IMG/VR virus record: IMGVR_UViG_3300032288_001980
Coordinates: 1-64,000 of that record
Strand: one strand, 5' to 3'
From: a virus
Length of the DNA stretch: 64,000 nucleotides
Part shown: positions 27,687 to 38,352 of the stretch, piece by piece
How the letters are laid out: each line of letters opens with the position of its first letter
Numbering within the stretch: the first letter of the stretch is position 1
The notes under the pieces: generated by a model
What the model was told of the DNA's origin: nothing
Database searches by the model: none
What the model saw: the letters and a program-made list of their open reading frames with translations, nothing else
Translations under genes and position numbers: made by a program

Positions 27687-27918
27687 AAAAGCCTATGAGT
27701 TCTTAGTTCGTGCAGGTATTATCAGACCCAACGAGCGTACATTGGAAGGCCAGGAAAAGTTAGACGTATATCTAATTCTAAGTTTATTGGAACCTAGTAG
27801 TCAAAGCAATAATCAAAGATTCTGGACTGATCATTATATCTATGCTAACAAAGAATATTCTGTAACATATTTTGATAAAGACGACTACGAAATTATAGAA
27901 GTCATCCGGGGAGCTTAA
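27661..27918 (+). CDS. Hypothetical protein
   Basis: Open frame with phage-like composition. Confidence 0.65.
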   Translation: MPYQSTDSKKAYEFLVRAGIIRPNERTLEGQEKLDVYLILSLLEPSSQSNNQRFWTDHYIYANKEYSVTYFDKDDYEIIEVIRGA

Positions 27919-28723
27919 TCATTTGATAAAATTCTTGCATATGGTTAGTATCTAAAGAATCTGTGCTGTACAATAACGATACTAACTTTATAATCAATTC
28001 TCGGTCACTGTGACAATACCTATGAATATTAATTATATTACTATGGTCAATATGGTCTAAGTTAACAGTAAAATTACCATATGCCCCACTAAGATCATAG
28101 TGTGCTTTATATGGTAGCTTTTTGTTAGTCCAATACCAGTATAGATAAAATTCTGTAATATTCCAATCTCTGATATTTAGAACATCTGTTTTTGTACACA
28201 AGTCCCTGGTTAAAGTATTATTGAACACCCATGGGGTAAGGCAATAAGGAAATATTTTAGTATCTTCGCCGCCAGCCATGTGCATACTAGTAAACACATA
28301 TTGCCATTCCCATTTAGTCAATCTAGTATCAACTATGTTTTCGTGTCCTATCACATAGATATAATCGGAGTTAATAAAATAACTGGCTGCAATATCTTTG
28401 TACAGCATATTTTTAGCATCTAGTATAATACTCCATTCGGTATCCACATAAAAAGAACTGTAGAGTTTGAACATTTGCTGTCTGTACCAACCTCTTGTTT
28501 CATGGGTTTGAGGAGCAGATTGAATCTTAACAGACCAACCAGTTGGTAATGCTTTTAATACGTAAGGCGCAGGGTCGCACCCATCTTCTGCAATTATTAA
28601 AACTTTTTTTGGACCTTTCCAATGTTTAGTTAGTGTAACCAAACTCAAATATAAATTTGGTAAGTCTTCTTGAAAAACAACGTAAACAATGGTAATATCT
28701 GATTGACTCTCTGCGGTATTCAT
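27902..28723 (-). CDS. DUF6492-like putative glycosyltransferase
   Basis: GWYRQQMFKL and IILDAKN; start re-called to MNTAESQ because the longer frame is antisense to the next gene. Confidence 0.65.
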   Translation of the reverse strand: MNTAESQSDITIVYVVFQEDLPNLYLSLVTLTKHWKGPKKVLIIAEDGCDPAPYVLKALPTGWSVKIQSAPQTHETRGWYRQQMFKLYSSFYVDTEWSIILDAKNMLYKDIAASYFINSDYIYVIGHENIVDTRLTKWEWQYVFTSMHMAGGEDTKIFPYCLTPWVFNNTLTRDLCTKTDVLNIRDWNITEFYLYWYWTNKKLPYKAHYDLSGAYGNFTVNLDHIDHSNIINIHRYCHSDRELIIKLVSLLYSTDSLDTNHMQEFYQMIKLPG

Positions 28724-28736
28724 GTTACAATTACTT

Positions 28737-29330
28737 ATGAATAAAATTATCTTAACTGACGCAGATGGCGTTTTACTAGATTGGGAATACGCATTTGATG
28801 TATGGATGCGTACACATGGTTTCAATAAAGTTGATGGCGGCAACTTAAAATATAATATTGGAACTAGATATGGTATTGATCCCGAGCAAGGAAGAAAACT
28901 AATTAAGATTTTTAACGAATCTGCTAGCATTGGCTTTTTGCCTGCACTTAGGGATAGCATGTATTACGTTAAACGACTGCATGAAGAACACGGCTATGTA
29001 TTCCACTGCATTACTAGCCTAAGCAATGATACTAGCGCACAAGAACTTCGTAAAATGAATCTTAAAAAATTGTTCGGGGAAACAGCGTTTGAAAAGTTTG
29101 TATTCTTAGACACAGGCGCAGATAAAGATGGAGCACTAGAGCCTTATAGAGGTAGTGGACTTTGGTGGATAGAAGATAAAATTGTAAATGCTCAAGTCGG
29201 CGCAAGCCTAGGATTAAATAGTTTATTGGTCGAACACGGACATAATATGAACTATGTGGACCCTGCCATTCCCCGAGTTAAAAACTGGAAACAGATCTAC
29301 GAAATCATTACAAATGATACACACAATTAA
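28737..29330 (+). CDS. HAD-superfamily 5'(3')-deoxyribonucleotidase-like protein
   Basis: ILTDADGVLLDW (DxDGV), CITSL, WIEDK. Confidence 0.85.
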   Translation: MNKIILTDADGVLLDWEYAFDVWMRTHGFNKVDGGNLKYNIGTRYGIDPEQGRKLIKIFNESASIGFLPALRDSMYYVKRLHEEHGYVFHCITSLSNDTSAQELRKMNLKKLFGETAFEKFVFLDTGADKDGALEPYRGSGLWWIEDKIVNAQVGASLGLNSLLVEHGHNMNYVDPAIPRVKNWKQIYEIITNDTHN

Positions 29331-30105
29331 TGAACAGCCTTATGCAAACTTTGATAAGTTTGTTGATATAAAAAGTCTTAATGAAGTTAAAGAAGCTACC
29401 TGTTTGGCATTTGCTAGAAACTTTAATAGATTAATGCCAGCTACAGCAGGTGACCCGGAAAACTGGCCCGACGGTAGTGAGCCTTTTGTTCCTAAAAGTC
29501 CCTATAGAGAACTAAGTGATGCACTAAAGGATCACGCAACAAACAAAGACAGTCCACTGTGGCCTAATGCTAATGCGCTAGGTAAGGAAAACTTTCCGCT
29601 AGGTTATGCGTTTATGTCCTTGGTAACTGACAGTGTTGGTATTGGTACTTGTATGATGCTACGTTATATGAAAAGTACCAAATATGCAGATAAAAGCAAA
29701 GCAGAAGGTACTGCTTGGACTCCTTGGGCTACGGAGTTCGAACCTATATTGTCCTGGGTTAATAAACAAAACATATTCAAAGAACAAGGTCGTATCATTA
29801 TTTTTTATAACGGCGAAGGGCAGGGATGTGGACTGCACAGAGATCATAGCCCTAATAAAAGGCCACAAACACCCGATCAGTTTATTTGGATTAATCTGTT
29901 TCCTGATAGAAAACAATTTTATTTGCTAGATGGGCAAACGGGTGAGAAACACTATTGCCGTAGTCAAACTGCAATGTTCGATACCAGTAACTGGCATGCT
30001 AGCGACAGCCATCCACTGCCTGCTTTTAGTCTTAGAGTGGATGGCCGCTTTACTGATGAATGGTTGGAAAAGACCAACCTTAAGTCAATTTACTCGTCGT
30101 CGTAA
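29314..30105 (+). CDS. 2OG-Fe(II)/cupin-like protein
   Basis: GLHRDH (HxD), IWINL, NWHASD, FSLRVDG. Confidence 0.6.
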   Translation: MIHTINEQPYANFDKFVDIKSLNEVKEATCLAFARNFNRLMPATAGDPENWPDGSEPFVPKSPYRELSDALKDHATNKDSPLWPNANALGKENFPLGYAFMSLVTDSVGIGTCMMLRYMKSTKYADKSKAEGTAWTPWATEFEPILSWVNKQNIFKEQGRIIIFYNGEGQGCGLHRDHSPNKRPQTPDQFIWINLFPDRKQFYLLDGQTGEKHYCRSQTAMFDTSNWHASDSHPLPAFSLRVDGRFTDEWLEKTNLKSIYSSS

Positions 30106-30809
30106 ATCCTTAAGATTTCTGCTACAGCAGGGTGACGTTCGATTTCCTTATGACCGAACTGTACACTACCAATCATTTCACTGCGATTTTGTTCCATGCG
30201 CTGAACAAAATCCCAAAGGCCGTTTTCTTCGTAACCTCTGTCGTGTTGATTTAAGTCTCCTGTAGCAATTATTTTACTTCTATCTCCTATACGGGTTAAC
30301 AACATCTTCATCTGACTTTGTGTTGCATTTTGCATTTCGTCAGCTATGATGATTGCGTCTTTAAAAGTACGACCGCGCATATATGCTAATGGGCAAATTT
30401 CTATTGTTTTTTCCTCTAACATATAAGCTATAGTCTTAATCGACCAATATTCTTCGAAAACGTCAAATATTGGACGAGTCCAAGGATCCATTTTTTGTTC
30501 CAATGTGCCTGGGAGGAAACCGTGCTGTTCGTCAACGCTAACTGCCGGGCGAGTTATAACTAGTTTTTTACAACGGCCAGCTTTTAGTTCTTGAATAGCG
30601 TACAAGCAGGCTAGTAGGGTTTTGCCCGTTCCTGCAGGACCTAGTGCGATTACTATGGGTTTTTTGCGGTTTTCTAATAGATCTACGTATTGCTCTTGCT
30701 TTAAGTTTCTTGGGAGGATTTCTACTTCTCTGTTACGCTCTCTGCGATAAACGTCTAACTCAATTACACCCTGTTGTTCGAAAACAGGTTTTCTATTACG
30801 TTTAGCCAA
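30090..30809 (-). CDS. phoH: PhoH family ATPase
   Basis: GPAGTGKT, ITRPAV, GFLPG, YMRGRTF, ADEMQN, TGDLNQHD. Confidence 0.95.
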   Translation of the reverse strand: MAKRNRKPVFEQQGVIELDVYRRERNREVEILPRNLKQEQYVDLLENRKKPIVIALGPAGTGKTLLACLYAIQELKAGRCKKLVITRPAVSVDEQHGFLPGTLEQKMDPWTRPIFDVFEEYWSIKTIAYMLEEKTIEICPLAYMRGRTFKDAIIIADEMQNATQSQMKMLLTRIGDRSKIIATGDLNQHDRGYEENGLWDFVQRMEQNRSEMIGSVQFGHKEIERHPAVAEILRIYDDE

Positions 30810-30892
30810 TGTTGACCTCCAATTAGTAAAAGATGCTTACTAAGGATGCAAGCATCCAAAAGTATTTAAGCCTAAATCGTTTTATCTAACTA

Positions 30893-30947
30893 GGCATGTT
30901 ATCAAGTAGGATAAATAGAAATGTATATTATTACGGATTAACATGCC
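30893..30947 (+). promoter_or_regulatory. Late-type TAAATA inside a hairpin whose right arm contains the start codon
   Basis: GGCATGTTA 30893-30901 / TAACATGCC 30939-30947; TAAATA 30912-30917; ATG 30943. Confidence 0.7.
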
Positions 30948-31545
30948 CCATCAAAAAGAAATTGATAAAAATTTAGACTACATTCTTGGTAGCAAAACAG
31001 TATTAGATGTTCTTATGGAATTTGAGAATATGCTAGATACTGTTAATTTGTACGGTTTTAAGAACTGGAAATACGGAGAAATTGTAGAAGGCCCTAAACT
31101 AAGCAGATATTGGGTCACTGTTACATTAATGTATCCTTATAAATTAATGCCCGATCCCAGTGGCGCAGACCGCTTGACCAAGTACGACTGCCATGTAGAA
31201 TATGAAAAGGCTCATTACCTTGTTCCTAGAAAAATCCGTACCCCCGAAGATTTAGAACAAAACGAAGAAGGTAAACGTTTACCTAAAGTAGATAAAAAAG
31301 AAATTTGGTTAGTTACTATTGAAATGCCACGTAGATTTATCGACGAAGAAACGTTTAATACTGGCGCCGTTGACACAGATGAAATCGACTCCGATGCAGT
31401 AGATGATGCTTACGACGAAGGTCTAGACGGCGAGGAAGCAGTCAAGGGTAATGCCGAACAACAAGCACCGGGTCAGCAACAACCACAAGGTGAAGGCTCC
31501 GCTACACAAGCTGGCGCAGAGCAACCATTACAACCACAACAATAA
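30943..31545 (+). CDS. Conserved large-phage hypothetical protein with an acidic/Gln-rich tail
   Basis: NWKYGEIVEGP..SRYWV..MPDP; low-complexity C-terminus. Confidence 0.75.
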   Translation: MPHQKEIDKNLDYILGSKTVLDVLMEFENMLDTVNLYGFKNWKYGEIVEGPKLSRYWVTVTLMYPYKLMPDPSGADRLTKYDCHVEYEKAHYLVPRKIRTPEDLEQNEEGKRLPKVDKKEIWLVTIEMPRRFIDEETFNTGAVDTDEIDSDAVDDAYDEGLDGEEAVKGNAEQQAPGQQQPQGEGSATQAGAEQPLQPQQ

Positions 31546-31547
31546 TT

Positions 31548-32069
31548 ATGAGCAACAGTTTACTTTATAAATTACGTGACAAAATCAAACAACTTAATGA
31601 AAGTCTTTTTGAAGGTGACCTGCATAGAATGATTTTTCCTATAATTTTAGTTGATGCTTATCAACCAAAGTTTGGGGACGAAAAACGTACTGTAGTTGTT
31701 AGCTTAACTGCTAAAGAAGAAGGTGCTGCCAGCGACTTAGTTGATTTTATTGATAAGGGCAATTACGGAATTCATGACTGTGACTTTAGTCCAGCACCAG
31801 ATGAAACAGGAAATTTTATTGTATTCATCGAACTAAAACGTAATCGAAAAATGTTTGATATATTGGATACTATTCTTAAAGACGCTAGTAACATTACTAA
31901 CATCGAAGAGTGGGAGTTTATCCCTTACACACATAGTAAAAAATATAAGTGGGAACGTGAGCAGTTTGAATCTACTGTTCCACAGATGCCGCATTTATAT
32001 GGACACAATTTAGATGAAGCAGAGAGAGAAAAACTTAGAAAGAGAATTAAGTTTTTGCTTAATTATTAA
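31548..32069 (+). CDS. Hypothetical protein
   Basis: Co-directional, tightly packed. Confidence 0.75.
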   Translation: MSNSLLYKLRDKIKQLNESLFEGDLHRMIFPIILVDAYQPKFGDEKRTVVVSLTAKEEGAASDLVDFIDKGNYGIHDCDFSPAPDETGNFIVFIELKRNRKMFDILDTILKDASNITNIEEWEFIPYTHSKKYKWEREQFESTVPQMPHLYGHNLDEAEREKLRKRIKFLLNY

Positions 32070-32287
32070 TGAGTAAAGAAGATTTAATACAGTCAGACGG
32101 ACAAGTAATAGAAGTTTTACCAAATGCAATGTTTAGAGTAAAACTGGACAACGGCCATATACTGCTTGCTACAATTAATGGCCGTATGCGTAAGAATAAT
32201 ATTAACGTCAGTCTTAATGACAAGGTTAGCGTTGAAATTAGTCCTTACGATTTAACAAAGGGTCGTATTACATACAGACGAAGATAA
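32069..32287 (+). CDS. infA: Translation initiation factor IF-1
   Basis: [27 protein letters not shown]...GRMRKNNI...[16 protein letters not shown]. Confidence 0.95.
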   Translation: MSKEDLIQSDGQVIEVLPNAMFRVKLDNGHILLATINGRMRKNNINVSLNDKVSVEISPYDLTKGRITYRRR

Positions 32288-32288
32288 T

Positions 32289-32789
32289 ATGTGGCAAGTT
32301 CAATGGATGCTAAGTCTTATTCCAGCTGAAATACTAAGTTTAATATACTGGATTATTATAGCTGTTGGTATTACCGGTATTGCTGCCGGGTGGCTAGGCC
32401 GTTGGATTCCGTTTTATGGAAAGTATGTTCAACTCTTAAAACCTATAGGTGTTTTATTAGTTGTTTTAGGTGTTTGGCTCCGTGGCGGCTATGACGTTGA
32501 AATGGCTTGGAGAGCCAAAGTAAAAGATATGGAAAACAAAGTTGCTATAGCAGAAGAACAAGCCAAGACTGCTACTGCTAAAGTAGAAACAAAAGTTGTA
32601 ACCCAAACTAAAATTGTTAGAGAAAAAGGTGAAACTATCGTTCGATATGTTGACAAAGTAGTTACACAAGATAAAGAAGTTATTAAATTTGTAGAGCATT
32701 GCCCTATCCCACCAGCAGTAGTTAATACTATAAATGCTGCCGCTAAAAATCAACCGATAGAAGAAAAGAAGCAGGAGGCTAAAAAATGA
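32289..32789 (+). CDS. Inner-membrane spanin (Rz-like)
   Basis: N-terminal TM helices followed by a coiled coil; paired with the downstream lipoprotein. Confidence 0.7.
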   Translation: MWQVQWMLSLIPAEILSLIYWIIIAVGITGIAAGWLGRWIPFYGKYVQLLKPIGVLLVVLGVWLRGGYDVEMAWRAKVKDMENKVAIAEEQAKTATAKVETKVVTQTKIVREKGETIVRYVDKVVTQDKEVIKFVEHCPIPPAVVNTINAAAKNQPIEEKKQEAKK

Positions 32790-33076
32790 AAAAGGGTTTA
32801 ATCATTTTATTAGTGTCCTTTGCTACTGCACTTTTGTTAACTGGCTGTAGCACAACTGTTCCTGTCAAAATGAAATTTCCTGACGCACCATCTGTGCTTA
32901 TGGAAAAATGTCCTCCGTTGCAAACTATAGATAAAGCCGAAGGAGTTAGCATAATTGATATTACAAAAAATGTAACAATCAATTATACTGCATACTACGA
33001 GTGCGGAATCAAAGTAGAAAACTGGATAGAGTGGTACGACCAACAAAAGAAAATATTCGATAGCATCAAAAATTGA
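32786..33076 (+). CDS. Outer-membrane lipoprotein spanin (Rz1-like)
   Basis: LLLTGC lipobox; Pro-rich FPDAPSVLMEKCPPL; YYEC. Confidence 0.72.
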   Translation: MKKGLIILLVSFATALLLTGCSTTVPVKMKFPDAPSVLMEKCPPLQTIDKAEGVSIIDITKNVTINYTAYYECGIKVENWIEWYDQQKKIFDSIKN

Positions 33077-33101
33077 CATTCACTATAATAAGTAGTAGAA
33101 T
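33073..33101 (+). promoter_or_regulatory. sigma70 promoter for dnaJ-clpA
   Basis: TTGACA 33073-33078, 17 nt, TAGAAT 33096-33101; ATG 8 nt later. Confidence 0.75.
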
Positions 33102-33109
33102 ATGCAAGT

Positions 33110-33937
33110 ATGGACTACTACAAGGTATTGGGTTTAAATTCAGGCGCTTCCGAAGAGGAAATTAAAAAAGCCTATCGGAAACTAGCCAGCAAACATCATC
33201 CTGACAAAGGTGGAGACACGGCTAAGTTTCAAGAAATCCAAACGGCCTACGACGCACTAACTAACCCAAATAGTCGTCACAGTCAACAAACAAATCAACA
33301 GTGGTCCGGGGAAAGTCCTTTCAATTGGGAAGACTTGGCCAGTGTATTTTCACAACATCGCGCTCAATCGGGATTTGATCCATTTGAACAAATATTCAAA
33401 CACCCTAATGGCCCCCGCAATCAAGATTATCATGTAGACATTACAGTAGATCTCGAACAACTGTTTAGAAGCGATACTATATTAGTTGGTCTTAGATTGC
33501 CGTCGATGACTACACAAGATCTCGAAATAAAATTATCTCACGATTATAAAACTGGAACAAAAATTAGATATGCAGGATTAGGTAGTCGTGCAATTGGAAG
33601 AGCCAATCCCGGAGACTTGTATGTAACTATTATACAACGACCGCACATAAAGTACGAACGTGCTGGAGTTGATTTAACAGTTACCGAAAACATATCAGTT
33701 TGGCAAGCAATGACTGGCGGAGACTTGCAAATTAACACAATAGATAATAAAATACTAGAAATTAAGATTCATCCCGGAACACAAAACGGAACAGTTATGC
33801 GATTAAAAGGATATGGCATGCCATATGGCGCTAACGGTTTGCGGGGAGATTTGCTGGTTCGTTTAAATATTAGTATACCAGCACTTTCCGAGGAAGAAGC
33901 TAATAAAACAATTAACCAACTTAAAGGAACGGTATGA
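33110..33937 (+). CDS. DnaJ class B (CbpA-like) co-chaperone
   Basis: J domain with HPD, G/F region and C-terminal domain; no zinc finger. Confidence 0.92.
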   Translation: MDYYKVLGLNSGASEEEIKKAYRKLASKHHPDKGGDTAKFQEIQTAYDALTNPNSRHSQQTNQQWSGESPFNWEDLASVFSQHRAQSGFDPFEQIFKHPNGPRNQDYHVDITVDLEQLFRSDTILVGLRLPSMTTQDLEIKLSHDYKTGTKIRYAGLGSRAIGRANPGDLYVTIIQRPHIKYERAGVDLTVTENISVWQAMTGGDLQINTIDNKILEIKIHPGTQNGTVMRLKGYGMPYGANGLRGDLLVRLNISIPALSEEEANKTINQLKGTV

Positions 33938-36186
33938 GCGATCAGGATAAGATCCATGACATGATTAGTAAGGCATTTAACTTAGCCTTGGACAATAAAC
34001 ACGAATATGTTACTTTAGAGCATCTGTTGTTTGCTATCTTAGAAGATGATAGTAATAAAGAACTGCTGGTGAAATTAGGATGCAATCCAGACGCACTAAA
34101 TGCAGATCTTATGACTTTTCTTGCAGAACAAGAAAAATTAGATTCCGAGTCGGTTAAGCCCAGAAAAACTAATACACTAGAGCGTAGTTTCAATCGTGCC
34201 TTTACCCAAGCCTTGTTTAACGGCAGAAATTTTATTGCTATAACAGATATCCTGTTAAGCATTCTTAGCGAAAAGCAAAGTCACGCGGCCTATTATCTTG
34301 CAATTCAAGGTGTTAATAAAGATACAATTATTGAATATATTAAAAGCCAACACGAAGCAGAAGAGACAACCACTAAACGATCTACTAAATCTAATAGAAA
34401 AGACGAAGACAAGTATCTTGCTAAGTTTTGTAAAAATCTTTGCGATGATGCAATCGAAGGCAAAGTTGATGCAGTAATTGGCCGCGATGAAATTATTGAA
34501 AATCTTGTACAAGTTATTGCTAGACGTAAGAAAAACAATGTTGTACTAGTAGGAGATCCCGGTGTTGGTAAAACTGCTATTGCAGAAGGCCTAGCTTATA
34601 AAATTGTACACGATCAAGTGCCCGACCTACTTAAAAATAACGAATTATACAGCTTGGATGTCGGAGCATTATTAGCAGGGACAAAATATCGCGGCGACTT
34701 TGAAGAGCGTTTGAAAAACATCTTAGACATTTTAGAAACTAGGGACAATGCTATATTGTTTATCGACGAAATTCATATGATCATGGGTGCTGGCGGTGGT
34801 GGCAACAGTTCGGCTGACATGGCTAACTTAATCAAGCCTGCACTAAACAGTGGTAAGATTCGTTGCATTGGTAGTACTACTCATGAAGAATATCGCAAGA
34901 TTTTTGAAAAAGATCGTGCAATGAATCGTCGATTTTACAAGTTAGATGTTTCTGAACCTACTGTAGCTCAATGTAAAGAAATCCTTCGCGGACTAATTGG
35001 TAGTTACGAAAAGTTCCATAACATTAAATTTACAACAGCAGCCTTAGATGCGGCAGTTGAATTATCTAGTAAGTTTATGTTGGATAAGCAGTTGCCCGAC
35101 AAAGCCATTGACGTTATTGATGCTAGTGCGGCCCGTCAACGTATCAAGCCGGAATCCGATCGTAAATTAGTTATTGATGTTCCTGAAATTCAATTTGAAA
35201 TCAGCAGTATTACACGAATCCCCTTGGATCGATTAACCACTGTTAACGACAAGGAAGTAGGCAAAATTGATTACGAAGGTAAGCTCAAGGCAGGAGTATA
35301 CGGTCAAGATCATGCTATCGAAGAATTGCTAAATGCATTGTATATTGCACAAGCAGGCCTTAAGGATCCTAATAAACCATTGGGCAGTTTCTTGTTTTTA
35401 GGTCCAACTGGTACAGGCAAAACAGAACTAGCAACTCAGCTGGCACAAGCCATGGGCCAAGCCCTTGTACGTTTTGATATGAGCGAATATCAAGAACAGC
35501 ACAAAGTTGCCAGTTTGATTGGTAGTCCTCCAGGCTACGTTGGATACAGTGATGGGCAAGCTGGCTCGGGGAAACTTATTAACGAAATTGAAAAGAATCC
35601 CAATTGTGTGCTATTGCTTGATGAAATCGAAAAAGCTCATCCTAGTGTCATTAATGTGTTTTTACAGTTAATGGATGCAGGCATTGTTAGTGGCAGTGAC
35701 GGTAAAACAGTCAACGGTCGTAACATTGTGTTGATTATGACCAGTAACTTGGGCGCCGCTGATGCAGAAAAAAATGCCATTGGATTTGCCGCAGGTAAAG
35801 TGCAGGGCGCAGAAGATGCGGCTGTGAAAAAGTTTTTCACTCCAGAATTCCGTAATAGATTAGATGCAATTATCAAATTTAATAAACTGGACAAATCTAT
35901 TATCATTAATATCGTTAATAAGTTTATTAATGAAATGAACTCGCAACTGGCCGAGCGTAACTTGTTTATTACTTTGGAGACTTCTGCTATTGACTGGCTG
36001 ATAGAAAACGGTTATAATGAGACTATGGGTGCGAGACCTATGAAGAGATTAATTTCTACAGAAATCAAACAGCCTTTAAGTAAGAAAATTCTATTCAGCC
36101 AAAACTACAAAAACCTTACTGTCAAACTAAGTCGCACCAAAACGGGATGGAAGTTCAATGAGTCAAAACGAAAATCAGCCAATTAA
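33934..36186 (+). CDS. clpA: ATP-dependent Clp protease ATP-binding subunit ClpA
   Basis: [11 protein letters not shown]-domain, GDPGVGKT and GPTGTGKT Walker A motifs, no ClpB M-domain, IGF ClpP-docking loop (NAIGFA). Confidence 0.92.
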   Translation: MSDQDKIHDMISKAFNLALDNKHEYVTLEHLLFAILEDDSNKELLVKLGCNPDALNADLMTFLAEQEKLDSESVKPRKTNTLERSFNRAFTQALFNGRNFIAITDILLSILSEKQSHAAYYLAIQGVNKDTIIEYIKSQHEAEETTTKRSTKSNRKDEDKYLAKFCKNLCDDAIEGKVDAVIGRDEIIENLVQVIARRKKNNVVLVGDPGVGKTAIAEGLAYKIVHDQVPDLLKNNELYSLDVGALLAGTKYRGDFEERLKNILDILETRDNAILFIDEIHMIMGAGGGGNSSADMANLIKPALNSGKIRCIGSTTHEEYRKIFEKDRAMNRRFYKLDVSEPTVAQCKEILRGLIGSYEKFHNIKFTTAALDAAVELSSKFMLDKQLPDKAIDVIDASAARQRIKPESDRKLVIDVPEIQFEISSITRIPLDRLTTVNDKEVGKIDYEGKLKAGVYGQDHAIEELLNALYIAQAGLKDPNKPLGSFLFLGPTGTGKTELATQLAQAMGQALVRFDMSEYQEQHKVASLIGSPPGYVGYSDGQAGSGKLINEIEKNPNCVLLLDEIEKAHPSVINVFLQLMDAGIVSGSDGKTVNGRNIVLIMTSNLGAADAEKNAIGFAAGKVQGAEDAAVKKFFTPEFRNRLDAIIKFNKLDKSIIINIVNKFINEMNSQLAERNLFITLETSAIDWLIENGYNETMGARPMKRLISTEIKQPLSKKILFSQNYKNLTVKLSRTKTGWKFNESKRKSAN

Positions 36187-36898
36187 TCTAGGACTAAACC
36201 TTAGACACAAATATAGCCAAAAGCCTTATTTTGGCACAATGTTTTTTAAAATAGTTTATGATATCAGAGATCCTAAGGAACATAAGCGACCTGCTAAGGT
36301 ATGGAACCTAACTCCAACGACTAGAAGAGACTGGTTTAGTAAAGCAAAGATATTGGCCAGCGCGATTAGTAGGTTTTGTGTCAGAGAACTAAAAGCCAAT
36401 TATAGACAGCGTACAGAAAGTAACAGGGTCACGTTCTTTTTAGAAAAAGAAGAACATGCTAGAGCGTTGGTTAAACAATTTGATAAAAATATTGTAGAAG
36501 TGTATGTTCCTTATAACAACATGCAAATCCAAATTGGTTCCAGCGATATGATGGCTACGCCTTTGTTTAGATCTAAACTATTTGAGCAATCTAACTACTG
36601 TAACGGATTTAGGTATAAAGTTCAAGTAAATGCTACCAACGAAATAAAAGCGATGAAAAGTAACTTAAACTCTTTTTTTGCTAATATTAGCAGACAGGAT
36701 TATAGTCTTAGTTACAATGCACAACTTATGCTAGATTCTGACCCTAAAAGAGGAGAAAGACTAGCTCGCTGGAATAAATTAAGTATGTACTTTAATGATG
36801 AACAGGATCTGTTGATGCTTAAATTAATGATGGGACTAACTGAGATGGAAGTTTATAAAGTTATTTTGCACAAAGAACTGATCTTCCAGGATAAATAA
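36158..36898 (+). CDS. Hypothetical protein
   Basis: Ends MYFNDEQDLLMLKLMMG, echoing the small-family tail. Confidence 0.7.
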   Translation: MSQNENQPINLGLNLRHKYSQKPYFGTMFFKIVYDIRDPKEHKRPAKVWNLTPTTRRDWFSKAKILASAISRFCVRELKANYRQRTESNRVTFFLEKEEHARALVKQFDKNIVEVYVPYNNMQIQIGSSDMMATPLFRSKLFEQSNYCNGFRYKVQVNATNEIKAMKSNLNSFFANISRQDYSLSYNAQLMLDSDPKRGERLARWNKLSMYFNDEQDLLMLKLMMGLTEMEVYKVILHKELIFQDK

Positions 36899-36929
36899 AT
36901 GCATCTAGTTATCCTTTAAGGAGATTTAT

Positions 36930-37220
36930 ATGGCTATTACAGTAACCGAAAGAACAGTAAAACCCGCAGACAAAGCATGGTGGAGTGCCAGCAATGCCGC
37001 CGCGCTTGCTCAATTAAAAGAGTGGCACAAAGCATTTCCTGGCGTTGTATCCGTTAGAGGTTCTACTATTGATGCTAACACCGTTCAAAGCGTGTTAACA
37101 TTTAACCAAATGTCTGATTATAATGCTTATAAAGCAGCCGTTGATTCTAATGCTATTTACAGAGCAAGAAGAACGTACAATGAGAACAATGGAATTGTAA
37201 CAACAGTTACAGTTGCTTAA
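36930..37220 (+). CDS. Small late protein (96 aa), probably a virion component
   Basis: TAAATA at 36892-36897 and strong AAGGAG SD; followed by a terminator. Confidence 0.78.
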   Translation: MAITVTERTVKPADKAWWSASNAAALAQLKEWHKAFPGVVSVRGSTIDANTVQSVLTFNQMSDYNAYKAAVDSNAIYRARRTYNENNGIVTTVTVA

Positions 37221-37237
37221 TTACTCGATTATACAAT

Positions 37238-37259
37238 AAAGCCCCTTAAGGGGCTTTTT
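37238..37259. terminator. Bidirectional intrinsic terminator
   Basis: AAAGCCCC-TTAA-GGGGCTTTTT between convergent genes. Confidence 0.88.
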
Positions 37260-38352
37260 GTTTGAACAAATTTTCAGGATTATAATAATCTTGTGGATTA
37301 AATTTTTCTAGGATTTCAAAGTCTTCGGTAACTGCTTCGTTTAGTATTCTGTGATTGAACACAGTAGTCAAGCTGGGACGTTTAATTTTATTTTTGAAAT
37401 AATCAAAATCTTTGTTGAAGTTATAGATGCTTTGTTTAGCTTCTAGCTTGTAATTTTTCCAATCATCAATGTATCTAACCTGCGGATTGTTTATGCTCCA
37501 CAGTTGGAATTCTTCTGTTTGATAAAAATGATAAAGATATGTAGAGTCCCACTGCTTAGTGATATTGGGTATTTGACTAGGGAATGTTAGGGCGTATATT
37601 CTAAAGTGTACTGTTTGCCATTTAAAGCAGAAGTTATACCACCAAAAGAAATCGCTGTTTTTTTCTAATTTAACTCCGTAGTTATTACTAGAAGCTACTA
37701 CTGCATCTATTAATATGTTAGATACTTGGTCATCTTTTATATAGTGATTTATATGATTAAAAATACTGGATCTAGTAAATTTAGAATTTAATTCATCTGC
37801 TCCCTGATGTGTTAGATAAAATTTTATTAAATCACTACCAAACAATTGATCATTGAATTCACCAGTTACTAATATAATAGATCCGTTAAACATCCATGGT
37901 GTGTGTTCACTGTTTAAAAATTCAAAATTAGGCAGTATGTGTTCTTTATAAAACTTGGGATTTTCAAATGTGGCTTCTGTACTGAGAATAATTTTTATTC
38001 TACCTTTAAGATCTGCTAGGCTGTAGTTTCTCATAAACCCTACTACAACCATCGTACTGTCTATACCGCCACTCCACATTATACCAATGGGCTTATTAAG
38101 ATCCACACTGGCCTGATAAATTTCTTTTACCCGAAGATCAACAGCATCATCATAACTTAAAGATTGACTAGACAACTCAGGCAATCGACAAGCATCATGC
38201 ATAGCCAGGTTAATGGGCTGTACTAGTGTGCCTGATCTATCATTCATTCCCACTGCATGACCTATTAGATTGTATATCTTGCGCCATGCGGCAACATCTT
38301 CAGTTTTTAAGCTATTGATAGTCAAGGGATTAAAGTAATAAAGGGATTTCAT
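37246..38352 (-). CDS. PP-loop ATP pyrophosphatase (asparagine-synthetase C-domain-like), paralogue 2
   Basis: IMWSGGIDST, LVTGEFNDQLFG, FFWWYNFCFKWQ, FQLWS, all alignable by eye with ORF 23686. Confidence 0.78.
   Translation of the reverse strand: MKSLYYFNPLTINSLKTEDVAAWRKIYNLIGHAVGMNDRSGTLVQPINLAMHDACRLPELSSQSLSYDDAVDLRVKEIYQASVDLNKPIGIMWSGGIDSTMVVVGFMRNYSLADLKGRIKIILSTEATFENPKFYKEHILPNFEFLNSEHTPWMFNGSIILVTGEFNDQLFGSDLIKFYLTHQGADELNSKFTRSSIFNHINHYIKDDQVSNILIDAVVASSNNYGVKLEKNSDFFWWYNFCFKWQTVHFRIYALTFPSQIPNITKQWDSTYLYHFYQTEEFQLWSINNPQVRYIDDWKNYKLEAKQSIYNFNKDFDYFKNKIKRPSLTTVFNHRILNEAVTEDFEILEKFNPQDYYNPENLFKQKAP

Noticed and set aside
36930-37220. Lasso-peptide precursor for the neighbouring PP-loop enzyme
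   Set aside because: No leader with Thr at -2 followed by a Gly/Cys/Ser core and an acceptor at position 7-9, and no B1/B2 peptidase genes nearby
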